Of a stretch of 64,000 nucleotides of DNA, positions 53,312-64,000 are shown one piece after another. The notes beneath the pieces were generated by a model that ran no database searches, was not told the DNA's origin, and was given only the letters and a program-made list of their open reading frames with translations. The position numbers and the translations under genes are program-made. The DNA comes from Eledone cirrhosa. Lineage: Eukaryota. The DNA is taken from contig OZ024744.1 of the NCBI GenBank assembly GCA_964016885.1, positions 42,532,001-42,596,000 of the forward strand, in the 5' to 3' direction. Within the stretch, counting starts at the first letter, position 1. The number at the start of each line of letters is the position of its first letter.

Positions 53312-56300
53312 TTTACGTCTGCTTTTCCCTGTGACAGGTCTTATTCAGCACAGCATCTCTCCACTTGTCACGGTCCTTCGTCATCTCCACCGTGAGCTTC
53401 AGTTATCTGAGGTCTGTTCTCACCACCTCCACCCATGTTTTTCGTGGTCTACCTCTACCACGTCTACCTTCAACTGGCATTTCCTGGCATTTCTTCACCC
53501 ATCGGTCATCCTCCATGTGCATCACATGCCCATACAACCTCAGTCTCCTCTCTTGCACACTACATTCTATCCCTCTCAGACACAGTTTCTCTCCCAACAT
53601 ATTGATGCTGGGTCGTTCACGCACATTGACATTGCACATCCAACAGAACATGCTTGCCTCATTTCTCTCCAACCATCGCATATCCTCTGCAGTTGCTGCC
53701 CATGTCTCACCTCCATGTAGCATCACGCTCCTCACACAGGCATCATGTAACTGGCCTTTCGTATGCAGGGAGAAACCCTTCTTCGTCAACAGAGGAAGCA
53801 GCTCCCTAAACTTCTTCCAACCCATCCTTATTCTAGATACTATGGCCTCGGAACACTCTCCTCCCATGCTAATCTGATCACCTAGGTACCGGAAGCTATC
53901 CACCACTTCTATAGCACCCGCCTGCATTTGAAAAATGTGTCTATCAATGCGACTTCTACTGTCTAATTTCCCTGTACATCTACTGCATACATATTTCTCC
54001 CTACCTGTTAGTTTGCCTGCTATCCCACTACATCTCTTGTGTACCCAGGATCTGCATTGTGTGCATTTTATAGAATTTATGCCAGTTCCTTTTCTGCATA
54101 TTGAACATGGCCATTTCCCTGGTGGAATCAGAGTTTTGTCCTCTTTTCTACTCATCAACACTTTTGGCTTAGCTAGGTTCACTCTCAGTCCTCTTGCTTC
54201 CAACTGCTGTTTCCATAGCCAGAATTTATTCTCTAGCTCCTCTACTGATTCTGCTATGAGAACCAGGTTGTCAGCATAGAGAACTTCCCATGGACAGCCA
54301 GTTATGGCTTGGAGGACTATAATGAACAAGAGTGGGCTGAGGACCAAACCTTGATGTACTCCTACTTGTATCTGGAATTCCTCACTAAACTCCATTCCTA
54401 CCCTGACTTTACTGACAGTACCTCTGTTCAAAGTTTGCACTGTCCTCACAAGCCATTCTTCAACACTTAGTTTCCTTAGGGACCACCAGATGACAGATCG
54501 GAGTACCCTATCAAAGGCCTTCTCTAGGTCAACGAAGGTTAAGTATAGTGGCTTATTCTTCTCTAAGAACCTCTCTTGTAATTGTCTCACCAAGAAGAGG
54601 GAATCTGTTGTACAAAACCGTGTCTTGATTACAAACTGATTACAAACTAACCCCCTCTCTAATTAGTTGTGCTAATATCCTTTCTGCCACTTTCATAAGC
54701 TGATCCATCAGTTTTATACCCCTATAATTGCTCCTCTCCAGAGCATCCCCTTTACCTTTGTAGCAATTTATGAGAATGCTGCTGCATCAGTCTTTAGGTA
54801 TGACACCACCATATATAGCTTGATTGATGATGCGCGCAACCATTTTAGTGCCTACGTCCCCTGATGCCTTCAGCATCTCAGCAACTATCCCCGACGGTCC
54901 AGCAGCCTTACCATTTTTCATTTCCTTAATCGCCTCTTGGACCCTATATTCGACAATCTCAATAGTTGGTCCCTCTGTTGGATCTACTGAGGGTAATTTC
55001 TCCCTCTTGCATTCGTTCTCCACATTCATCAGTCTCTCATAATGACATTTCCAGGCCTCCTTTTTCTGATCATTTGTGACACTAAGTACACCGGCATCAT
55101 TCCGGACACATTTATCTCCAACAACATGCTGATTTGCATTGACACACTGCTTTGCAATGTGGAACACCGCACGCCTCTGATCTTCCCATCACAGAACATT
55201 GGCAAACCTCCTACTCTCAGCCTCCCTGCGTGCTAAGTACACCTGACGTCTAGCTTCTCTCTTAGCGGCTGTATATCCTTCTCTACTCCTACCCTTTTTC
55301 CAAGCCTTCCATGCTAGTCTTTTGTCTCTAATGGCCTTATCTACTGTGCTGTTCCACCACCAGGTCACTCTCTGTCTGGTTGGAGCTCTGCTCCAGCCAC
55401 AAGTTTCACCAGTAGCCTGCAGTAAGTTGTCACATAAGAAATTCCAGTTATTATCTATGTCATACGTCTCTAAATCGTCTTCTTTTTCGTCATACTCATC
55501 TTGAAGGGCTTTCCTAAATTTGTATTTTAGTGAAAGGTCTTTTAACTTCCAGACCTTTCTTCTCCACACCTTCCTGTATGACTCATTCCATCTCTTGCTT
55601 ACTGAGATATCACTAATGACTAACCTATGCTGTGGGGTACATTCTTCTCCAGGATATGCCTTGGTATTTGACACTATCTGCCTGTCCTGCTGCCTAAGTA
55701 GTGCTCGCCTGATTTGTAGGTTATTAGGTGGTTTGCAGGTTTCTGGAAGTTAGTGTTGCAAATAGTCAGTGTACTTGCATCACAAAATTCAAGAAGTCTC
55801 ACTCCTTCTTCATTTCTTGAGCCGTAACTGTGCCCACCATGTACCCCAGGGTAACCATCCTGGAGCTGTCCAACATGACCATTCTAGTCCCCTGCTATTA
55901 TAATGATGTCTCCATCCTCTGTCATTGCGGTTGTTTGTAAAAGTTGCTCGTAAAAGCAGACTTTCTCTTCTTTGTCTAGGTCTGCTTGGGGAGCATAGGC
56001 AGAGATGATTGCAGTAGTCTCCTGCCTACAACAAATCTAAGCTTAATTATTTGATTTTTAACTCGAACTAACTCTATTGTCTTATTAATCCATCTCTCAG
56101 CCAGGAAAATGCCTACTCCCCCTAACCCATCATCCTTACCTACCCAGAAAAGCTTATAGCTAAGATGTTTGCCTGCGACTAATCTCGCAGAGGCACCTCT
56201 CCATCTCACCTCTTGCACACAGCACACACCCACACGCCTTCTCTCCAGCATCTCCGCTATTTCAGCAGATCTACCTGTGAGAGTGCCAACATTAAGTGTT

Positions 56301-56330
56301 GCAACTCTGAGATGCGACGTCTTCATATTT
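53277..56330 (-). mobile_element. RTE-clade LINE (RTE-A), near full-length single ORF, decayed, (GAT)n tail
   Basis: APE motifs TLNVGTLTG, VQEVRW, QHRLV; RT motifs FVDLEKAFDRV, GVHQG..LSPLLF, LYADNL, FRYLG; C-terminal RGRGRPRKTW. Frameshifts and stops. Confidence 0.93.
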
Positions 56331-56401
56331 TTGTTGTTGTTCCTATATACTTGTTGCTGTGCTTATAGTTGTTTTGGCATTGATACACTGGTTGATACAA
56401 G

Positions 56402-56522
56402 GGATTAATGTGAATCTTTTTGAATTTGATATATAAATTATAAGGATTAATGTGAATCTTTTTGAATTTGATACATAAATTATAGGGGATTAATGTGAGT
56501 CTTTTTGAATTTGATATATAAG
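56402..56522. repeat. ~42-44-bp tandem repeat, ~3 copies
   Basis: GGATTAATGTGAATCTTTTTGAATTTGATAYATAA starts at about 56402, 56444 and 56488. Confidence 0.85.
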
Positions 56523-56574
56523 TTTTGAGGTCCATCTTGTGTTGGTTATATTCCAGCATTAAGTGACTGAAGTG

Positions 56575-56760
56575 TCTTCTTCATCACCCACATATTCCTC
56601 AGAGGGTCGTGGGGGTAGAGTCCTCCAACTGATTTGGCTGGATCCCCAAGTGAGACTAGCCAAGCACATAGATGTTATCCAACCATCTTGCTCAGGGTCT
56701 ACCCCTAGGTCTCCTGCTGGTTTTGCTTATAAGATCTGTCCAGTGATTCTTTCCTGAAGT
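56575..56760 (-). mobile_element. 3' fragment of another RTE-like LINE
   Basis: My translation RRPRGRP*ARWLDNI..LG*SHLGI resembles RTE ORF C-termini. Confidence 0.5.
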
Positions 56761-56781
56761 GTGCAGGTGCAGAGCATAAAT

Positions 56782-56820
<39 letters not shown>

Positions 56821-56822
<2 letters not shown>

Positions 56823-57365
56823 CAAGGTTTAGCAAATAAGATAATGTTTCAAAATAAATATTAAAAAATTAACTGTACTTACTATGGTTACCTTTACCGA
56901 TTCGGTTTCGATTCTCCAAAATATAAACGGAGTCCATACGGCCTTCATTGCAAAGAAAGAATCTCGTCAGAAGGATCTTTTCATTCGGAGAATATAAAAT
57001 TCTCGAATTCAAATTACGAACTGGCGCTATTCAAAATTGTTCCCGAGATGAGAGTAAATGAAGTGGAATCAATTTTTTCAAGGGCCGAGTGTAAAGATAA
57101 AGGCAGAGGCAGGGAGGTCAAATGGCTACTGCTATAACTAGCAGCAGTCAGAACGACCAAATTTTTCTCAACATAGAGGAGTATAGTAATGATAGGATAT
57201 GTGTTCCTACACGCACAGGCGCTAAGGGACACATGTATTGTCCAACCGTATGCCAATGTGGTTCAATGGCAGGTAAATAAATTAATGAGCCAGAACATAT
57301 ATAATCAAGGTTTAGCAAATAAGATAAAGTTTCAAAATAAATTTTAAAAAATTAACTGTACTTAC
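56821..57365 (-). mobile_element. Hammerhead-containing element (Penelope pseudo-LTR or retrozyme-like): 483-bp unit plus a 62-bp terminal direct repeat, inside (TA)n
   Basis: 56821-56882 is repeated at 57304-57365; (TA)n on both sides; hammerhead core inside. Confidence 0.7.
56891..56974 (-). ncRNA. Type I hammerhead ribozyme motif
   Basis: CCTT-CTGACGA-GATTCT...AGAATC-GAAA-CCGAATCGG-TA-AAGG: all core nucleotides, stems I/II/III and a GUA cleavage triplet. Confidence 0.82.
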
Positions 57366-57387
57366 AATATATATATATATATATATA

Positions 57388-60300
57388 AAACGATGCTGCT
57401 ATAAGCTTTTCTGGGTGGGAAATGACAATGGAGTGGGTGGGGTAGGAATCATGTTAGCAGAAAAATGGGTAGATAAGATAATAGACGTAAATAGAGTGAA
57501 CGACAGAATAATTAAAATAAGACTTGTCCTAAATAGAACTACTGTGACAGTAATATCTCCGTATGCACCTCAATCCGGACTGCCTGGTGCTATAAAAGAC
57601 AGATTCTATGAAACATTGATGCTCGCTACCTCCCAAATAACTGACAGTGACTACATAATTATTGCTGGCGACCTAAATGTGACAGCTATGACGGAATCCA
57701 TGGAGGCTATGGGTTTGGTACTAGAAATGAGGAAGGCTCCAGAATCCTGGAATTCTGTGACGCAAATAACCTAACTATCTGTAACACTAACTTCAAAAAA
57801 TGAGACAATCACTTGATCACCTATAGATCAGGGGAACATGCCAATCAGATAGATTATATCCTTACCAGAAGACGTGATAGAATGTCTGTTCTAAATACTA
57901 AATCCCTCCCCCATGAAGAATGCACCTCCCAACATAGACTCATAGTCAGCGACCTCATAGTCAGGACAAGACGTACTCGACAACAGAGGAGGACTATCCT
58001 CAGGAGAAAAATATGGAAGCTAAAGGACCCCACAGTCAGTAATAAATTTAAAAGCATATTACTTGATGCTTTCGACAGTAAGGAAGAGCAATTAGAGTTG
58101 TACAATATAGAGGAACAGTGGGAATTCCTGAAAGCTAACCGGCTGAAGGTGGCAGAGGAAGTCTGTGGCTGGAGCATGCCTATAGGCAGGAGGCGAGTAA
58201 CTTGGTGGTGGAGCAGTGAGGTGGAGGAGTCAATTAAGGCCAAAAAGCAGGCTTGGAAAGTATGGCAGGATGGGGGAAGTAGAGAAGACTATCAAGTGGC
58301 CAGGAGGGAAGCTAGGAGAAAAGTGTACTTTGCAAGAAGGGAAGCAGAGGAAAGAAAGTTCAAGCATGTTCTACAACGCGAGGAACAAAAACGTGAGGTG
58401 TTCAGGATTGCTAGGCAATGTGTCAAGGAAAACCGTGATATTGTCGGGGAGAAGCATGTCTTTAATGATGATGGCGTACTTGCCATCACTGACGCTGATA
58501 AGAAGGTAGCTTGGAAGTGTCACTACAAAAGGCTACTAAATGAGGAGAATAAATGGGAAAAAGACAGTCTCCCCACATCGATCCAATAGAGGGACCAGCA
58601 CTGCTAGTTGAAGGTAGTATAATAAGTAAGGCAATCAAAGATATGAAGACGGGTAAGGCGGCTGGGCCTTCGGAAATAGTTGCTGAAATGCTGAAAGCAT
58701 CTGGAACGGTGGGACACACTATGGTCACCCGGATAGTAAACCAAGTCATACAGAATGGGGCCGTTCCGAAGGACTGGCGTAGCAGCATCATCATTAACTG
58801 CTACAAGGGTAAAGGAGATGTCCTAGATAGAGGTCATGAAGGTCACAGAAAAAGTAATAGCACAACTAATCAGAGAACGAATTGATCTAGATGAAATGCA
58901 GTTCGGGTTTGTGTCAGGCAAAAGTACCACAGACGCTCTTTTCAGACAACTACAGGAGAAGTACCTAGCTAAAAGTAAACCCCTATACTTAGCTTTTGTT
59001 GACTTGGAGAAAGCCTTTGACAGAGTACCCCGCTCGATTATCTGGTGGGCCCTTAGAAAACTAGGTGTAGATGAATGGCTTGTGGGTGCTATACAAGTCA
59101 TGTTTAAAGAAACAGTCAGCAAGGTTAGAATTAACAACGAATATAGTGAAGAGTTTAGCGTAAAAGTTGGTGTTCATCAGGGCTCAGTTCTTAGCCCCCT
59201 ACTATTTATTATTGCCCTTCAGGCTATAACAGAGGAGTTCAAGACTGGCTGCCCATGGGAACTCCTATATGCAGATGATCTAACGCTCATAGCTTAATCA
59301 ATGGCTGAACTAGAGAAGAAATTCCAAACATGGAAGCATGGCCTAGAATCAAAAGGCCTTAAAGTTAACTTGTCTAAGACTAAAGTTCTAGTTTGTAGGA
59401 AGGAAAATAGGGCACCGGTCCCATCTGGGAAATGGCCATGCTCAGTGTGTAGGAAAGGAGTAGGCAGAAACTCCATTTTATGTCCCAAATGCAAAGTATG
59501 GGTGCATAAAAGATGTAGTGGGATCACAGGTAAGCTAACTAAGAATATAGATTTTATATGTGGCCGGTGCTCAGGTGCAATAAGTAGCAGCAAGTGCCCA
59601 CAGAATACTAGCTCATTCTATTGCACAGATGGTTCTATAGAAATAGTGGACACCTTCCGTTACCTGGGTGACAAAATCATCAGTGGGGGAGGGTGCTCTG
59701 AAAGTACAGTAGCTAGAGTCAGAACTGGATGGAAAAAGTTCAGAGAGCTTATACCACTATTAGCCGCTAAAGGGTTCTCTCTAAAAGTGAAAGGCAGGCT
59801 GTATGATGCCTGCATACGAACAGCAATGTTACATGGCAGTGAGACATGGGCATTGTGTGCAGAGGATATACGCAGACTGGAGAGGAAAGAAGCTTGAATG
59901 CTCCGTTGGATGTGTAATAGTAATATACGTGAACGGCAAAGCATAAACGAACTAAGGGAAAAATTAGGAATAAGAGGGATCAGATGTTGTTTACTCGAGA
60001 GAAGACTACGTTGGTACGGTCATGTGATGCGCATGAAAGACGACAGCTGTATAAAAAAGTGCAGGGCAATAAAAATAGACGGTAGCCACGGAGTAGGCAG
60101 ACCCAGAAAAACCTGGGACGACTTGATAAATTCCGACCTCACACACTTACACCTCTCCAAGACAATGTCACTGGACCGAGATCTTTGGCGCTACACAGTA
60201 ATACAGAAGACCCGCCTTGCCTAAGTACAAAGCGAAACCTACAGTCAGTAGGCACCTCTAACAAAAATACACCCCTGTCCCACTACCCCCACCCCATCCA

Positions 60301-60620
60301 CACCCCCCCTTCAATGTAAAGTTATGTTGGTACCACAACATCCAGTCCGAAACAAATGAGGTCGTGTAGGTGTCACGACAAAAAAAAAACACGGTCCACG
60401 CTGTAATGTAGCCGTGTAGGTCACACGGTAAAAACCTCCCAGTCCACACTGTAAACGTGGTTGGTGTTAGGAAGGGCATCCAGCCGTAGAAAACACGCCA
60501 GCCAGTCCTATACAAGCAGGACAACCAATCTTGCCTCAAGTGGGAAAACTCCCGTCCAAACCCATGCAAGCGTGGAAGATGGACGTTAAACGATGATGAT
60601 GATGAAGATGATGATGATGA
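57388..60620 (+). mobile_element. RTE-clade LINE (RTE-B), 5'-truncated and decayed; ORF ends at 60224; 3' module and (GAT)n tail
   Basis: YAPQ, GDLN, QIDYIL, SQHRL; FVDLEKAFDRV, GVHQGSVLSPLLF, LYADDL, FRYLG; GRPRKTW. Six ORF pieces. Confidence 0.93.
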
Positions 60621-60956
60621 TATATACACATAAATATATATATATAGAGAGAGAGAGAGAGTAACGCATGTCCAGAGAATTATTTGATAATATATATACA
60701 TTATCTCTACTCCTAATCAGCACAATTAACCTCACAAAAAAATCAATTAGACCAGGCTATAAGAATAAAAGGCATCTATGAAGAAACAGTAAATAGATAC
60801 ACCACCGCGGCATCTTCATGTGCAACTGCTATAGAGCATCTACCTAATGTTTCAACAGCACGTGGAAATTAATTAAATATACGGTCAACCATACATAATT
60901 AGGTAAACATTTATGTTAAAAATGCTTATATACATACCAGGATTAAATCACTAAAT

Positions 60957-61032
60957 CCCGACCCATGGGTTTCGCTCTCTTTTGAGATACCCTATTTAAG
61001 GTTCATACTCAAGTTTAGAGCTCTTCAAGGGG
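60957..61032 (-). ncRNA. Type I hammerhead ribozyme-like motif (C3U core variant) in a ~640-bp microsatellite-flanked insert
   Basis: CCC-TTGAAGA-GCTCT...AGAGC-GAAA-CCCATGGG-TC-GGG; palindromic stem III and a GUC triplet. Confidence 0.65.
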
Positions 61033-61296
61033 TAAACTCGCTAGATATATTATTTTCCAAAGTGGCCCCGCCAAACACGAATTCAAAATGGTTGAGAACT
61101 GTGACGTGGCAGTGGTCAAGTCAGGAAGGGTGTGATTGGTTGCTTACGGAGATTGGGTTGGTTGCTAGAAAGCGCAGCCCAATATCGCCCAAATTTTTAT
61201 CTCAACCTTATGGGAGATTATTAAATATAAATATTTACACATACACCAATTAAACAGTTACAGGCACATATGTGTTTTTGCAACCATGTGTGTAAA

Positions 61297-61299
<3 letters not shown>

Positions 61300-61379
<80 letters not shown>
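61300..61379. repeat. (TA)n microsatellite
   Basis: Directly visible. Confidence 0.95.
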
Positions 61380-61913
61380 GGAGAATAGGATTGGCTGTGT
61401 AGTTGCTATTCACTGTTCTCCCTGAGTATGTGAGTGAATGTGTTTATGTGTGTGCATGACAAAAAAGTATTTCTTCTTTAATTTAAACAAATAAAAGATA
61501 TAAATAAGAGAGTAAAAAAATAACATTACAGATATTATATTCTGAGATTAAAACATAAAAACATCTCAACACAAAGGCTTCATTAACATTGTAGAGTTTT
61601 TTTGTTTTTTTTCTCTCTCTATTTATTCTTTGACAAATTTGACAATTTCTGACAGATTGTCAGAATTTATAAAGATCATTGTTGAAGAGATATTTAATCA
61701 TATACATTCTTTCATTCTTTTATTCTTTCCTTTTTTTTTTACTGGCTTCGTGCATTGGAAAGGATAAGTTGATAAAAATCGACCCTCTACCCCAGTATCT
61801 TTTTTTTTTTTTTTTGAAGGCAGGCAAACTCTTTTTGTCGGACTGGTAAGTTGTTGTAGGGAAAAGAACCTTAAAATACAGAGTGCCTGCAAAAAAACGT
61901 ATACACACTTTAT

Positions 61914-62087
61914 AACACTGTAAATGTGGTTGGTGTTAGGAAGGGCATCCAGCTGTAGAAAACCTGCCAGATAGTCCTATATTAGTGAGACACAGTCACC
62001 CGACCAACCTTGCCTCAAGTGGGACAACTCCCGTCTAACCCATGCTAGCGTGGAAAGTGGACCTTAAACGAGGATGATGATGATAAT
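61914..62087 (+). mobile_element. SINE/RTE 3' module
   Basis: GTGGTTGGTGTTAGGAAGGGCATCCAGCTGTAGAAA...CATGCTAGCGTGGAAAGTGGAC followed by (GAT)n. Confidence 0.8.
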
Positions 62088-62554
62088 GTGCATGTGTATG
62101 TGTGTATGCATATATACATGCATGTGTGTGTGTATGGCACTTTGGCATGTATCTTTTATTATATCCTTTGGTTGACCAATACCTTGTAAGTGAAACTCAT
62201 AAGAAAGCGTGTCATATGTGTTTAAATGTATAAGTTTATGTGTTTTGTTTTTGTTTGTTTTACTGTTTCTATTCATGGACTACCTTTGACTATTTTTAGG
62301 GCCTCTGTGACTAATGGATGAGTGGTATTTTGAATCAATTGACCTACTCTAAATGCTAGTAATAGAATGGATGCCAATAGAGACACCCAGGAGGGAAGGC
62401 GTCAGGAGTGTTGAACTTGTTAATACCAAGCTGCCTGAAAAAAACACTGATTCTCTGATACAAAACTTTATTTTAAAGTATTTATATTTATCTAAAAGCA
62501 TTCCATCAAAATTCTTTGTATGAATGTTCCAAACACCAGCTTAACAATTCTATC

Positions 62555-62990
62555 TAATATTGGCACACGGCCAGCAATTTGGGGAAGGGTAAGTCAATTG
62601 AATCTATCCCAGTACTTGACTGGTACTTTATTTTATCAAGCCTGGAAAAATGAAAGCAAAATTGACCTTGGTGGGATTTGAACTCAGAACATAAAAAGTC
62701 ATAACTAAATACCTCAAAACATTTTTGTCTGACATTCTACTGATACTACCAAACCACCACCTTACTCTAGCTTAATAATTGTTTATACCTTTGGCATAAG
62801 GCCAGCAATTTGAAGGGGAGGTGAAAGTTGATTAAATCAACCCCAGTATGTTACTGGTACTTTATTTTATTGACCTCATAAGGATGAAAGACAAAACTAA
62901 CCTTGGCAGGATTTGAACTCAGAGTGTAAAGAGATGTAACTCTAAACTGTGAAACATGGTGACCGAAACTCTACCGATTCTGCCAAATGA
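62555..62990 (-). mobile_element. Two adjacent tRNA-derived SINE copies (62555-62760 and 62790-62990)
   Basis: Each reads TTGGCA..AGGCCAGCAATTT...TGGTACTTTATTTTAT...ACCTTGG..GGATTTGAACTCAG. Confidence 0.75.
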
Positions 62991-63747
62991 GAATGTTAGC
63001 AATATTTTTGTTGTTGTTTTTAATTATAAACACAAGGTTTAAATTGTGCAACAGGTTAAACTTACCACTTAAGTAGGTCACAGTAAGGTTTGAACTTAGA
63101 ACACCAATGCCATAAACTATTTCACTTGACCACCATTTTGATAATGTCATTGTCACTAATACTGTTTGTATTACTTGTAATGGAATCATAGATGTTTTTG
63201 TTTCTTTTTGCAAAGAAGAGAGAGATAAAGGAAGAATTAAAACCAGTATTAGATCATGAAGGACATTGCCTTGAACAACAAGAACAAAACATATACTATG
63301 TTCTATAAAATATGGTCTTTTTTTGTTTATCTGTTCTTACTGAGCCTACTTCTTACTTCAAAACAACTTTTACCTCTCATTCTCTTCTTTCATGCCACTA
63401 AGCTAAGCCAAGCTCTTCCTCAGCTCTTGTCTGAAATATATATATATATATATTTTTTTTTTCTTTTTATGTGAATGCAAGGAGATAAAAAGAAATAATA
63501 ATAATAATTATTATTATTAATAATATTGGCACTGCATTTATTTGATCCTGCAGATATCTCAAAGAAAAGTTTAATGATCATCGATATCAAACATTTTATC
63601 ATGGGAAAGGCGAAGCATTTGGTGTTATTGAAAGATATAAAGGGGGAAGAGGAAGGAACTGAAAAAAAATATTTCAGAAAAAGCAAGTGTGTATTCAGTC
63701 ACTCGTCATATCAGGATGCTGAAACGCAGCAAGATTATGGTGTTTTT

Positions 63748-64000
63748 CATCATCATATCATCATCACCATTTTACGTCCGTTCTTCCATGCTAGCATGGG
63801 TTAGACGGGTTGTCCTGTTTTGGGCAGTGTCTGGTTGGCTGACCATGCCTTGCTCATACAGGAACTGATTTTGGCTTGATTTCTACAGCTGGATGCCCTT
63901 CCTAACACCAACCTCATTTACAGTGAGTGCTGGGTGCTTTTTCGTGGTGCCTACACGTCCACTTTACAGTGTGGGCTGGGTGCTTTTTTGCAGTGGCACC
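63748..64000 (-). mobile_element. SINE/RTE 3' module, running off the window
   Basis: (CAT)n then TTTTACGTCCGTTCTTCCATGCTAGCATGGG...GGATGCCCTTCCTAACACCAACC and ~40-bp units. Confidence 0.8.

Noticed and set aside
53277-60620. Divergent RTE pair as one large inverted-repeat transposon
   Set aside because: The two copies are substantially diverged, have different truncations and separate tails, and no shared TSD was seen; they are independent insertions.
62285-63430. Two minus-strand exon-like segments (about 62285-62435 and 63341-63430) with AG/GT borders
   Set aside because: The frames I translated contain stop codons and there is no supporting homology; they could be non-coding exons or chance.

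Overview
Eukaryotic, repeat-dominated genomic DNA with no recognisable intact host gene. The SINE and RTE content looks cephalopod (octopus-like), which is an inference only. Bases 1-25.1 kb are a 26-bp satellite with kilobase-scale higher-order duplications. Bases 27.0-45.6 kb are a head-to-tail stack of seven same-orientation (minus strand) Tx1/L1-clade non-LTR retrotransposon copies, two full-length and five 5'-truncated. Every junction between them is a (GATA)n tract, pointing to a GATA/TATC-microsatellite-targeting family. One copy is interrupted by a young 2.18-kb non-autonomous LTR element with 369-bp LTRs, an AGTG target-site duplication and a tRNA-Trp primer site that extends past A58. 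Bases 45.8-64 kb hold SINEs, MITE-like elements, microsatellites, two divergent decayed RTE LINEs with a PHD-type finger inside the RT, and two hammerhead ribozyme motifs in short TA-flanked inserts. All alignments and coordinates were done by eye, so boundaries may be off by a few bases.
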